From: an uncultured Bacilli bacterium
GTDB lineage: Bacteria > Bacillota_I > Bacilli_A > RF39 > UBA660
Reading direction: 5' to 3'
Length of the DNA stretch: 57,366 bases
Assembly (NCBI GenBank): GCA_944351765.1
Contig: CALVPR010000003.1
Span: 1 to 57,366 of the forward strand
The notes beneath the pieces are model-generated. The model ran no database searches and was not told the DNA's origin. It was given only the letters and a program-made list of their open reading frames with translations. The first letter of the stretch is position 1, and each line of letters opens with the position of its first letter. Positions 30,342 to 39,194 of this stretch are shown here, piece by piece. The position numbers were made by a program, and so were the translations under genes.

Positions 30342-31658
30342 ATGAATAAAGAAGAGATTGTTAAACAAAAAGAAAAAATAAAAGATATTAAAGATAAGTT
30401 GAAAAATGAAAAAGATAAATTAAAAAAATTAAATAAAAAAAACAAAAGTAATAAAATATTAAATATGTTAAAAAAAGATGAGAATGATACATATAAATTT
30501 AAAGAAGTGCTTGTTATCATGTTATTTTCTTTAGCATTAGGGTTCTTTACTTGTTTTTCAATCATAACTATTTTTAATGGTGGGAAGAGCTATTTTACGG
30601 TAAGTAAGGATTTGAACAAATTTATTGATGCTTATTATACGATAATAGATAATTATTATGGTGATTTAGATAAAGAAGATTTGGTTAATAGTGCTATTGA
30701 AGGTATGGTCGGTAGTGTTGGTGATGTCTATACTAATTATAGTGATAGTGATACAACTACATCATTTTTAGAAACTGTAGAAGGAACTTATGAAGGAATA
30801 GGGTGTACAATTGCTCAAAAACAAACTGGAGAAATAGTAATTATTGATATGTTTGATGATGGCCCTTCTGCAAAAGCAGGATTAATGATAGATGATATTA
30901 TATTGAAAGTAGATGATATTGATGCAGAAGGAAAAACAACTACGGAATTATCTGATTATATAAAAAATAGTAAAAATAAAAATATAACTATAACTGTACT
31001 TCGTGGTAATGAGGAAAAAGAAATCAATGTGGTTAGAGACAAAGTAGAAGTCCCTACTGTTACTAGTCAAGTATTAGAAAAAAATAATAAAAAAATAGGA
31101 TACTTAAATATTTCAATCTTTTCTTCTGTTACAGATAAACAGTTTAACACTGAATTGCAAAAATTACAGAAAGAAAACATTGAAGGTTTAATAATTGATG
31201 TAAGGGGTAATGGTGGAGGATATTTAAGTTCAGTTACTAATATACTTAATAGAATTTTAGAAAAAGACAAAGTAATTTATCAATTAAAAAGCAAGGATAA
31301 GGTTGAAAAGAAAAAAGATACTACTAAAGAGTGCTTAAATATACCAATTGCTGTATTAACTAATACTGGTAGTGCTTCAGCTTCTGAAATATTAGCTTCT
31401 GCTATAAAGGAAAGCTATGGTGGATATGTAGTAGGTACAAATACATATGGTAAAGGTACTGTTCAACAAACGATGCAACTTACAGATGGAAGTATGATAA
31501 AATATACTGTTCAAAATTGGTTAACTCCTAATGGCAATTGGGTAAATGAAGTAGGATTAGAACCAACTGATTTTGTAGAATTATCTGATGAATATTATAA
31601 TAATCCGACTATAGATAATGATAATCAACTTCAAACGGCATTAACTTTGTTAAGTTAG
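30342..31658 (+). CDS. ctpA: S41 carboxy-terminal processing protease (PDZ)
   Basis: YEGIG, DVRGNGGG, SASASE and TYGKG. Confidence 0.9.
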   Translation: MNKEEIVKQKEKIKDIKDKLKNEKDKLKKLNKKNKSNKILNMLKKDENDTYKFKEVLVIMLFSLALGFFTCFSIITIFNGGKSYFTVSKDLNKFIDAYYTIIDNYYGDLDKEDLVNSAIEGMVGSVGDVYTNYSDSDTTTSFLETVEGTYEGIGCTIAQKQTGEIVIIDMFDDGPSAKAGLMIDDIILKVDDIDAEGKTTTELSDYIKNSKNKNITITVLRGNEEKEINVVRDKVEVPTVTSQVLEKNNKKIGYLNISIFSSVTDKQFNTELQKLQKENIEGLIIDVRGNGGGYLSSVTNILNRILEKDKVIYQLKSKDKVEKKKDTTKECLNIPIAVLTNTGSASASEILASAIKESYGGYVVGTNTYGKGTVQQTMQLTDGSMIKYTVQNWLTPNGNWVNEVGLEPTDFVELSDEYYNNPTIDNDNQLQTALTLLS

Positions 31659-31667
31659 ATAAAAAAT

Positions 31668-31699
31668 AAAAAAGATATTTTGAGAAAGATATCTTTTTT
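31668..31699 (+). terminator. intrinsic terminator after ctpA
   Basis: AAAAAAGATAT...ATATCTTTTTT. Confidence 0.6.
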
Positions 31700-31848
31700 C
31701 TATTATAAAAAATATTGTTAAATACTTTATTTTATGGTAATATTATTAAGAATTTTGCATTCTTAAATTAACTTATAAATATGTTAATTATTAAAATAAA
31801 AATTATTTTAGATGTAAAAGTTAACTATTACGGAAGAAAATATACCAA

Positions 31849-31891
31849 AAATGTAACCTGACTAGTTACATTTAAGAAAATATGTTATAAT
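31849..31891 (+). promoter_or_regulatory. agrA promoter with a palindromic operator over the -35
   Basis: AAATGTAAC-N7-GTTACATTT (31849-31873); extended -10 TGTTATAAT (31883-31891). Confidence 0.6.
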
Positions 31892-31913
31892 TATCTATGG
31901 AAAATAAGGAGTT

Positions 31914-32642
31914 ATGATTGATATGTTAAAGTTTGTTGTTTATGAAGATTCATCAAAATATATTGAAGAATATGTTGATGTTATTAATAAGATAATGATA
32001 AATAAAAATTATGATTATAGAATCTTAAAATTTTCAAGGTTTATTCCAAGTTTGAAAAAAGAAATGTATTCAGGTGATGATGAAAAAATCTTTTTATTGG
32101 ACATTCAAACACCAGATGTTTCTGGAATTGAAATAGCTGCAAAAATAAGAGAAGTAGATTGGGAAAGTATAATAATTTTTATCACAAATTATTCACAATA
32201 TAAAAATGAAATATTTGCTAAAAGATTATCTGCACTAGATTATATATCTAAAGATAGTCAATTTAAAGATAGATTAACAGAAACCATAAACATAGCTTTA
32301 AAAGCAATATGTAAAGATGATGTATTAGTTTATACTTTTAATCATATGACTTATAGAGTACCAGTAAGAAATATAGCATATATAGAAAAGGCAAATGTTG
32401 GTAAGAAAAATTACATAATAACTTTAAATGGTGAAGAATATGAAATAGCAGGAACAATAAAGTCTTTGCAGGCTAAATTAGGAAATAGATTTTTTAGATC
32501 ACATAATTCTTGTTTGGTTAATTTGGATAATATTAAAACTATTAATTATAGTGAAAAGACTATAACTTTTATAAATGATGAGGAAATAGAGTTATTGTCT
32601 GTACGTAGTAAAAAAGGATTAAAAGAAGCATGCAACAAATAG
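31914..32642 (+). CDS. agrA: LytTR response regulator, AgrA-like
   Basis: Receiver ED / LDI / IFIT / DYISK; LytTR motif FFRSHNSCLVN. Confidence 0.88.
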   Translation: MIDMLKFVVYEDSSKYIEEYVDVINKIMINKNYDYRILKFSRFIPSLKKEMYSGDDEKIFLLDIQTPDVSGIEIAAKIREVDWESIIIFITNYSQYKNEIFAKRLSALDYISKDSQFKDRLTETINIALKAICKDDVLVYTFNHMTYRVPVRNIAYIEKANVGKKNYIITLNGEEYEIAGTIKSLQAKLGNRFFRSHNSCLVNLDNIKTINYSEKTITFINDEEIELLSVRSKKGLKEACNK

Positions 32643-33928
32643 TTGAAAAATTATTAAGTAGTTCTGTATCTATTTTTACAGCACTAATATTTGTTAAAAT
32701 AGTTACTAATGCAAAATCAAGATTAAATGTTTATAAAATAATATCATATTTTGTTTTTACAATAATATTTGCATTAAATTCTTTATATTGTACTAACATA
32801 TATAAAACAGTAATAAATTTTATAATACATATATTCTTTTTTAAAACTTATTTTAACTTAAAGATTAGTCAATCTGTTTTTGTAAGTTTTATTTATGCTA
32901 TATTATTAATGATTCCTGATATGATTATTTTATTATTTTTTGTAGGAATGTTTGGGATGACAAAAGAATATTGTTATAATATTTTTGCTGGTAGTTTTAT
33001 TGGAAATTTGTTGGTATGTGCAATAATTTTATTGATTACTTATTTGTTAAGAAATAAATTAAAAAGATTATTTAGTACAAGGGTGGAAAATAGTAATAAT
33101 ATTTTGTATATGACTTTATTTACAATTTTATGTGTTATAATTCTATTTTTTGATATTATAACAAATTATAAAAATGATAATAGCATATTTTCATATATAA
33201 TGTTAATAATAATATTTCTAATTGTAATTTCTAATTTAATTAAAGAAAAAATAACAATTAATGATAAAATAAAAGAATATAATAGTTTGCTTGCTTTTAT
33301 GAGGACATATGAAATAGAAATTGAATCTAATAGGATTCAAAATCATGAAATAAAAAATCAATTTATTACAATTGTTTCTATGTTAAAAGATAATGAAAAG
33401 AAAGATAAAATATTAAATTATGTTAGTAATTTAGTTAAAGATTATAAGAATATAGATGATAATAAGTATTCTGATTTGCAATATCTTCCTTTAAATGGAC
33501 TAAAAGGTTTTATCTGTAATAAAATTAATAAAGCTGAAAGTGAAAATATTAACGTAAGTGTTATTATTGAAAAAGGAATACAAAATTCTATTATTGCTAA
33601 TTTAAAAACAGATGAATTTAAAAAATTAGGGATTTTATTAGGTGTATATCTTGATAATGCAATTGAAGCTACTGCAGTTACTGAAGATAAAAGTTTATCA
33701 ATTGAAATGTATATTCAAAATGGTGATGTTTTAATTATAATCAGCAATACTTTTAATAATGAAATAATTTATGATAATGATTCTAATAAATTTAAAACTA
33801 CTAAAGGAGTAGGACATGGTTATGGATTACAATTAGTTAGTAAAGTATTAAATAATAGTAAAAAATTTATTGTTAGTAATTATATGCAAAGTAATGTTTT
33901 TATTCAAAAAATTATAGTAAAAAAATAA
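32630..33928 (+). CDS. agrC: HPK10/GHKL sensor kinase, AgrC-like
   Basis: About 6 TMs; NHEIKNQ, LDNAIEA, IISNT and TTKGVGHGYGL. Confidence 0.88.
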   Translation: MQQIVEKLLSSSVSIFTALIFVKIVTNAKSRLNVYKIISYFVFTIIFALNSLYCTNIYKTVINFIIHIFFFKTYFNLKISQSVFVSFIYAILLMIPDMIILLFFVGMFGMTKEYCYNIFAGSFIGNLLVCAIILLITYLLRNKLKRLFSTRVENSNNILYMTLFTILCVIILFFDIITNYKNDNSIFSYIMLIIIFLIVISNLIKEKITINDKIKEYNSLLAFMRTYEIEIESNRIQNHEIKNQFITIVSMLKDNEKKDKILNYVSNLVKDYKNIDDNKYSDLQYLPLNGLKGFICNKINKAESENINVSVIIEKGIQNSIIANLKTDEFKKLGILLGVYLDNAIEATAVTEDKSLSIEMYIQNGDVLIIISNTFNNEIIYDNDSNKFKTTKGVGHGYGLQLVSKVLNNSKKFIVSNYMQSNVFIQKIIVKK

Positions 33929-33950
33929 AATGGTTTCCCATTTTATTTTT
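33921..33950. terminator. bidirectional terminator overlapping the agrC and agrD stop codons
   Basis: Perfect 13-bp stem AAAAATAAAATGG-TTTC-CCATTTTATTTTT. Confidence 0.8.
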
Positions 33951-34065
33951 CGATTAAACTTTTTGGCATTTTAGGTTCATCTATAAACCAAAATAAACAT
34001 GCTTGTGATCCCATAGTAGCAGCTACAGTTCCAAGAACAGTTAAAATACTTGCTATGTATTTCAT
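33943..34065 (-). CDS. agrD: AgrD autoinducing-peptide precursor MKYIASILTVLGTVAATMGSQACLFWFIDEPKMPKSLIEK (40 aa)
   Basis: AAAGGAGG RBS; directly downstream of agrB; amphipathic leader, Cys core and EPKMP tail; not in the ORF track. Confidence 0.92.
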   Translation of the reverse strand: MKYIASILTVLGTVAATMGSQACLFWFIDEPKMPKSLIEK

Positions 34066-34094
34066 TTTGTTTCCTCCTTTTAATTCTTTTATGT

Positions 34095-34706
34095 TTAATT
34101 GCTTAAACCTAACTTATAATTTTTGTAATTATCATAAGGTAATTTAAATAATTTATAGGTAATAGGATGAATCATTATTACAGATTCTATCATACCAACT
34201 AATAAATAGTTTGAGATAATATTATTACTATAAATTATTATTAATATAGTAAATATAGATCCTGATATAAAACTAATTATTTTATATCTTTTTCTTTTTT
34301 TTGCATTAATTAAAGGCCTTTTATAAGTATCTGCTGGTGCATATTTAAAAATACATAATAAACAAAATATTGCTATTAAAAATTTTGTAATTAAACTTAA
34401 TGATAAATAATTACAAATATATACACCGCCAATAAACATAATCATAGATGTTATTAAGCAGTAGCTACTTTTTGTTGCATGTATTCCAAATGCTGTACAG
34501 CGTATTATGTTATAAAAAATTGATAACATAATAACTTCTTTAAATATACCTAAAATTGCTGCTAGTGAGAAGATAATTATCATTTTTGTAATAGTTAAAT
34601 ATATACTTTCTAATCCATATTCAACTTCTTCTAATTGTGTTTCTGTAATTGTTTGTTCATTACTTTTTATAAATTTCATAACATTACCTAAAATTAATCG
34701 CTTCAT
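34095..34706 (-). CDS. agrB: AgrB peptide-processing protease
   Basis: YGLE, R..AFGIHA..S..C and YAPADT.KRP motifs. Confidence 0.92.
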   Translation of the reverse strand: MKRLILGNVMKFIKSNEQTITETQLEEVEYGLESIYLTITKMIIIFSLAAILGIFKEVIMLSIFYNIIRCTAFGIHATKSSYCLITSMIMFIGGVYICNYLSLSLITKFLIAIFCLLCIFKYAPADTYKRPLINAKKRKRYKIISFISGSIFTILIIIYSNNIISNYLLVGMIESVIMIHPITYKLFKLPYDNYKNYKLGLSN

Positions 34707-34839
34707 TATCTCACCCACGAATCTATTATATAATAGTATTTTTTATTGAGTGATATTGCTTCTTTTTCGTTAGAAAAATGAAAATAAAAATAAAGAGTAA
34801 ATTATTTGTTAATATAATGTGCACTTTATTTGCTTTTTG

Positions 34840-34863
34840 TGATTAAATTTGATTAAATTTGAT
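34840..34863. repeat. tandem 10-bp repeat (TGATTAAATT x2.4) in the divergent agrB/ZIP intergenic region
   Basis: Read directly from the sequence. Confidence 0.6.
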
Positions 34864-34924
34864 CTATTAAAAATTATTGTTATTTGCATGAAAAAATGAT
34901 ACAATTGTGTTAGGAGGAATGTAT

Positions 34925-35659
34925 ATGGCTTTGTTAATTACATTGATAGTTGGTTTATTTACTTTTGTAGGGTGTTTAATAATATTTTTTATCAAAAATA
35001 ATAAAAAAATTGTCGATTTTTCTGTAAGTGTTGGATTTGGTGTATTATTAACACTTATTCTTTTAGAATTAATACCAGAAACCTTAGAATTAATTCAAAC
35101 TAAATTTATGTTAGTTGGTTCAATAGTTACGGTTTTGGTTGTTTCAGCACTCGGAATAATAGCCTTAAAAATATTAGATAAATTTATTCCTGATCACGAT
35201 TCTAGCAACAAAGATAATCTTGTTCATATAGGGATAATGACATCAGTTGCTTTAATTATTCATAATCTTTTAGAGGGAATGGCTATTTATACATCAGTTA
35301 ATTCTTCTTTAAAATTTGGAGGAATGTTAAGTTTAGGTGTAGCTCTTCATAATATACCATTAGGTATGAGTATAACATCAATGTTTTATAAGAATGGTAA
35401 AGATAATAAGAAAGCAATTATTGTAAGTTTACTTCTTTCTTTATCAACTTTTGTAGGTGGGCTTATTACATTTATGTTTGCGGGTTCAACGTTGGATGAT
35501 TTTTCTCGAGGAATTTTATTAACTTTAACTTTAGGAATGCTAATTTATATTGTTATTTTTGAATTACTACCTCATGTGTTGGAAAACAAAAATAAAAATA
35601 GTACTATTTTTGGAATTATTATTGGAGTTACTTTGTTGATATTAAGTACATTAATTTAG
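34925..35659 (+). CDS. ZIP (ZupT-like) metal transporter
   Basis: HNLLEG, LHNIPLG and ELLP; about 8 TMs. Confidence 0.9.
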   Translation: MALLITLIVGLFTFVGCLIIFFIKNNKKIVDFSVSVGFGVLLTLILLELIPETLELIQTKFMLVGSIVTVLVVSALGIIALKILDKFIPDHDSSNKDNLVHIGIMTSVALIIHNLLEGMAIYTSVNSSLKFGGMLSLGVALHNIPLGMSITSMFYKNGKDNKKAIIVSLLLSLSTFVGGLITFMFAGSTLDDFSRGILLTLTLGMLIYIVIFELLPHVLENKNKNSTIFGIIIGVTLLILSTLI

Positions 35660-35675
35660 TAAAGTAGGTATTAAT

Positions 35676-37184
35676 ATGAAAAGAATTTATAAAGTTTTAT
35701 TTTGCGTAATGTTATTAGTATTTTTAATATTTATAAATTATATTTTAAAAGATAATGATTTATATTATTTTCTATTTTCTTTTAGTATGTTTATTATTTT
35801 TATAAATTCTTTTTCACATATTAATATAGAAGAAAAAATAATTGAATTAAAAGATAAAAAATATGATAATAGTCAAGTAAAGTTATTTTATGCTATTATT
35901 GGATCAGTATTATTTATTAATTTTTTATATTTTTTAGTTGTATATATATTAAATATTTTTCTAAATGAAAGTATATATTTTGAAAAATATATTTATATTT
36001 CTTATGCTATGGTTTGTTCTATATGGGTAATTCCAACTGTAAATGTTATAACTCAATATTTAAGTGGAAAAGGTAATAAAAATCTGTCATGTTTAATTAA
36101 ACGATTATTTTATTGCTTTTGGTTTATTTCTATAATAATTTTATTAATAGTGTATTATTATACTTCTTTTAATAAAAATTTGTTTATAATACTTATTTAT
36201 TTATTGCAATATATATCATTTATACTTGTTGTCTTAATTTTATCAACTTTAATTAAAGGTAAAGGCATTTTTAAATTAGGAAATTTGAAAAAACGAAAAG
36301 AAAATAATGAAAATATACTTAGTGATGTGAAATTTATTTTGAAAAATAATATTTATTATTCAATAAAAAATATTATTAATATTAGTTATTATTATTTTTC
36401 AATAGTAATCACATATGTAGTTATAATATATAAGTATAATTATCCATATAATGAAACTGTTATAATTATTACAGATACATACTTTTATTTCTTTTTATTA
36501 ATATTAATTTTATGCACAATATTTATAGAAAAATATAAATCAACTGTTTTAGATATAATGATTGATATTAAAGAAAAGAGTCAAAAGGGATTAGAAATAG
36601 TAAATTTATTTGTTAATATAATTAAAAATATATTACCACTAACTTTATTATTGTGTATATTGTCTGGTCCAATATTAAAAATAATATTTAATAATAGTAA
36701 TTCTGTTATATTTATGTTGTTAATTTGGATTTTCCCATTTATTGTTTTATATTCTATTTCATTAAAAATAATTGAAGTTAGTTCTTTAAGAAAAAATATA
36801 ATATATACTATTTTATTTTCTGGTTTATTAGTAAAGGTTATATTTACATTACCTATGATAAATTCCTTCTATAGAATGGGATATAATGTAATTTATGGTG
36901 ATATTATTGCTTCTATTATGGGATTGTTTACTTCTTTTATAGTGATGATTATATATATAAATAAAAAATATAAAATTAATTTTACTAAAGTATTTGAAAA
37001 AATATTAAATGTAATATATGAAAGTATTTTATTGTGTTTAATTTTAGTAATTTGTAGTATGATTATTCCTTTAAATGTAAATAGTAATTTAGAAGCTTTG
37101 GTAGTAATATTAGTTTATGTAATAATTTATGAATTGTTTTTAATATTAAAAAGAGTAATAAAGAAAGTGTTAGGAGGCAACTAA
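35676..37184 (+). CDS. divergent MOP-family flippase (MurJ/YtgP/SpoVB-like)
   Basis: About 13-14 TMs; C-terminal GLLVKVIFTLPMI...GDIIASIMG resembles YtgP. Confidence 0.55.
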   Translation: MKRIYKVLFCVMLLVFLIFINYILKDNDLYYFLFSFSMFIIFINSFSHINIEEKIIELKDKKYDNSQVKLFYAIIGSVLFINFLYFLVVYILNIFLNESIYFEKYIYISYAMVCSIWVIPTVNVITQYLSGKGNKNLSCLIKRLFYCFWFISIIILLIVYYYTSFNKNLFIILIYLLQYISFILVVLILSTLIKGKGIFKLGNLKKRKENNENILSDVKFILKNNIYYSIKNIINISYYYFSIVITYVVIIYKYNYPYNETVIIITDTYFYFFLLILILCTIFIEKYKSTVLDIMIDIKEKSQKGLEIVNLFVNIIKNILPLTLLLCILSGPILKIIFNNSNSVIFMLLIWIFPFIVLYSISLKIIEVSSLRKNIIYTILFSGLLVKVIFTLPMINSFYRMGYNVIYGDIIASIMGLFTSFIVMIIYINKKYKINFTKVFEKILNVIYESILLCLILVICSMIIPLNVNSNLEALVVILVYVIIYELFLILKRVIKKVLGGN

Positions 37185-38668
37185 TGAAAAATAAAAAAAT
37201 TATTATATTTTTTGGATTAATGGCTATATTGATTTTGCTATTTACTAGTAAGTATTCTATTTTATATCCTTTTAATGATTGGCAAGATTCAAATTCCTTT
37301 CTAACGGTAGCTAGGAGCATGTTAGATGGTAAAATACTTTATAAAGATATAATTGAACAAAAAGGACCTATATTATATTTAATATATATCTTAGGAGAAT
37401 TTTTATCAATTGGTAAGATATCAGGTGTTTTTTTACTAGAAATTTTTTCGCTTACTTTTGTATTTTATTATGCATATAAGATAATGAATTTATTTACATC
37501 AACAAAGTATGGATATCTTTTAATACCAATTTTTGGAGTATTTATTTGTACAAGTTATTCATTTGTGCATGGTGGTAGTGCTGAAGAATTTTGCTTGCCT
37601 TTTTTAATGGTAAGTTTGTATTATTTTCTTTATCACTTTATGAAAAAAGAACTTACATACAAACAAATTTTTATAAATGGAGTTATTTCTATGATAGTAG
37701 GACTCATAAAATTTAGTTTGTTAGGTTTTTGGTTTGGATTTATGGCAATTATCTTTTTTGATTTAATTAGCAAAAAAGAATATAAAAAAGCATTTGTTAG
37801 TTGCGTAATCTTTTTATTGGGAATGTTCTTAATAGGAACTGTATTTGTAATATATTTTGTATTAAATGATGCTTTAGGAGATTTTATTTATTCATATTTT
37901 TTGATTAATGCTGGTTCTTATGCAAAAGAAAGTAGTAATATAATTACTAGAATTGTTAGATGTTTTGTAGAAGGATTTATTAATTTAGGTAGAAATTTAG
38001 GATTTTTAGTATTAACTCCATTTCTTATATATTCAATTTTTAAAATATTTAAAGAAAACAAAGTTAGAGTAGCTATAATATCTATTTTTATATTATTATT
38101 TTTGGGTATATATATTGGACTTAGATCATACAAATATTATACAATCCCACTTTTAATATTTTATATATTTGTGTTTATATTTATAAATATTAAATTTAAA
38201 AATAAAATTAATTGCAATAAAGCAGTTTTGTTGATTATTTATATAATATTAATTGGAATAAGTTCTTATTCTTTTGCTAATTATCGAAGTTATATTTTGA
38301 CTAGTGAAGAAGATTATGCTCAGTTTAGAATTGCAAATATTATTAAGGATCAGTCAAAAAATCCTACGGTTATAAATTATGGATCTTTAGATTATGGTTT
38401 TTATAATATTTTAAATATTATTCCAAATTGTAAATATTTTCATAGAATGAATATTCCTTATGATAAGTTACCTGATAATTATGATGTACAAAAAGAGTAT
38501 ATTAATAATAGAAAAGTAGAATATGTAATAGTTGGAATTCGTAATGATAATAAACAAATTAAAGATGATTTTGAATTTATAGAAAAAAATTATGTATTAA
38601 TTTACGAAGATAATCAAGTCTATGAAAAATATCAAGTACATTTCTATTTGTTTAAATTAAGAAATTAG
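37184..38668 (+). CDS. GT-C-type membrane glycosyltransferase
   Basis: DSNSF...G.ILYKDIIEQKGP loop; AEEF.LP; many TMs. Confidence 0.75.
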   Translation: MKNKKIIIFFGLMAILILLFTSKYSILYPFNDWQDSNSFLTVARSMLDGKILYKDIIEQKGPILYLIYILGEFLSIGKISGVFLLEIFSLTFVFYYAYKIMNLFTSTKYGYLLIPIFGVFICTSYSFVHGGSAEEFCLPFLMVSLYYFLYHFMKKELTYKQIFINGVISMIVGLIKFSLLGFWFGFMAIIFFDLISKKEYKKAFVSCVIFLLGMFLIGTVFVIYFVLNDALGDFIYSYFLINAGSYAKESSNIITRIVRCFVEGFINLGRNLGFLVLTPFLIYSIFKIFKENKVRVAIISIFILLFLGIYIGLRSYKYYTIPLLIFYIFVFIFINIKFKNKINCNKAVLLIIYIILIGISSYSFANYRSYILTSEEDYAQFRIANIIKDQSKNPTVINYGSLDYGFYNILNIIPNCKYFHRMNIPYDKLPDNYDVQKEYINNRKVEYVIVGIRNDNKQIKDDFEFIEKNYVLIYEDNQVYEKYQVHFYLFKLRN

Positions 38669-38720
38669 TATTGTTATCTAACCAAAATTATAGTATAATC
38701 ATGTTGGAAGGTGGAATAAA

Positions 38721-39038
38721 ATGGAATACTACCAATATATAACAATTGTTGTAATATTAGTTATAATTGCTTTGGCAATTATTAAGAGCAATAAAAAAGA
38801 TTTAAAATTAGAATTAAACAAGTTAGTAGAATATTTAGGGGGGAAAGATAATATTTTGGAAACAGAGGTTGAAATGTCTAGATTCAAGGTGACTTTAAAA
38901 GATATCACTAAAGCTAATAAAGAAGGAATTATTAAACTTGGCGCAAAAGGAGTTGTTGAAATAGACGATCAATTGAAAATTATATTAGGTAATAATGCAA
39001 AGCAATTAAAAAAATATATTGATGAAATAAAACTGTAG
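38721..39038 (+). CDS. membrane-anchored stand-alone PTS EIIB-like protein lacking the phosphoacceptor Cys
   Basis: N-terminal TM; LGGKDNI...SRFKVTLKD...LGAKGVV...IILG. Confidence 0.8.
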   Translation: MEYYQYITIVVILVIIALAIIKSNKKDLKLELNKLVEYLGGKDNILETEVEMSRFKVTLKDITKANKEGIIKLGAKGVVEIDDQLKIILGNNAKQLKKYIDEIKL

Positions 39039-39061
39039 AACACAAAAGTGTTCTTTTTTTT
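39037..39061 (+). terminator. intrinsic terminator
   Basis: AGAACAC-AAAA-GTGTTCT plus T run. Confidence 0.8.
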
Positions 39062-39127
39062 ATATAATATTAAATTTAATTATTTAAACAAAATGAATGT
39101 GTTAGTTTTTACTAAAAAAATGCAATT

Positions 39128-39171
39128 TTTGACAAAATTCGACAATTTTCGACAAAAATAACTACTATAAT
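39128..39171 (+). promoter_or_regulatory. three tandem Spo0A boxes upstream of a TATAAT -10
   Basis: TTTGACA (39128), TTCGACA (39138) and TTCGACA (39148); TTCGACA is the reverse complement of TGTCGAA; TATAAT at 39166. Confidence 0.8.
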
Positions 39172-39194
39172 AAATAAAAAGGAGATTTTAAAAT

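Noticed and set aside
39038-39053. GAAC...GTTC as an SOS box
   Set aside because: Spacer is 8 nt rather than 4; it is the terminator stem
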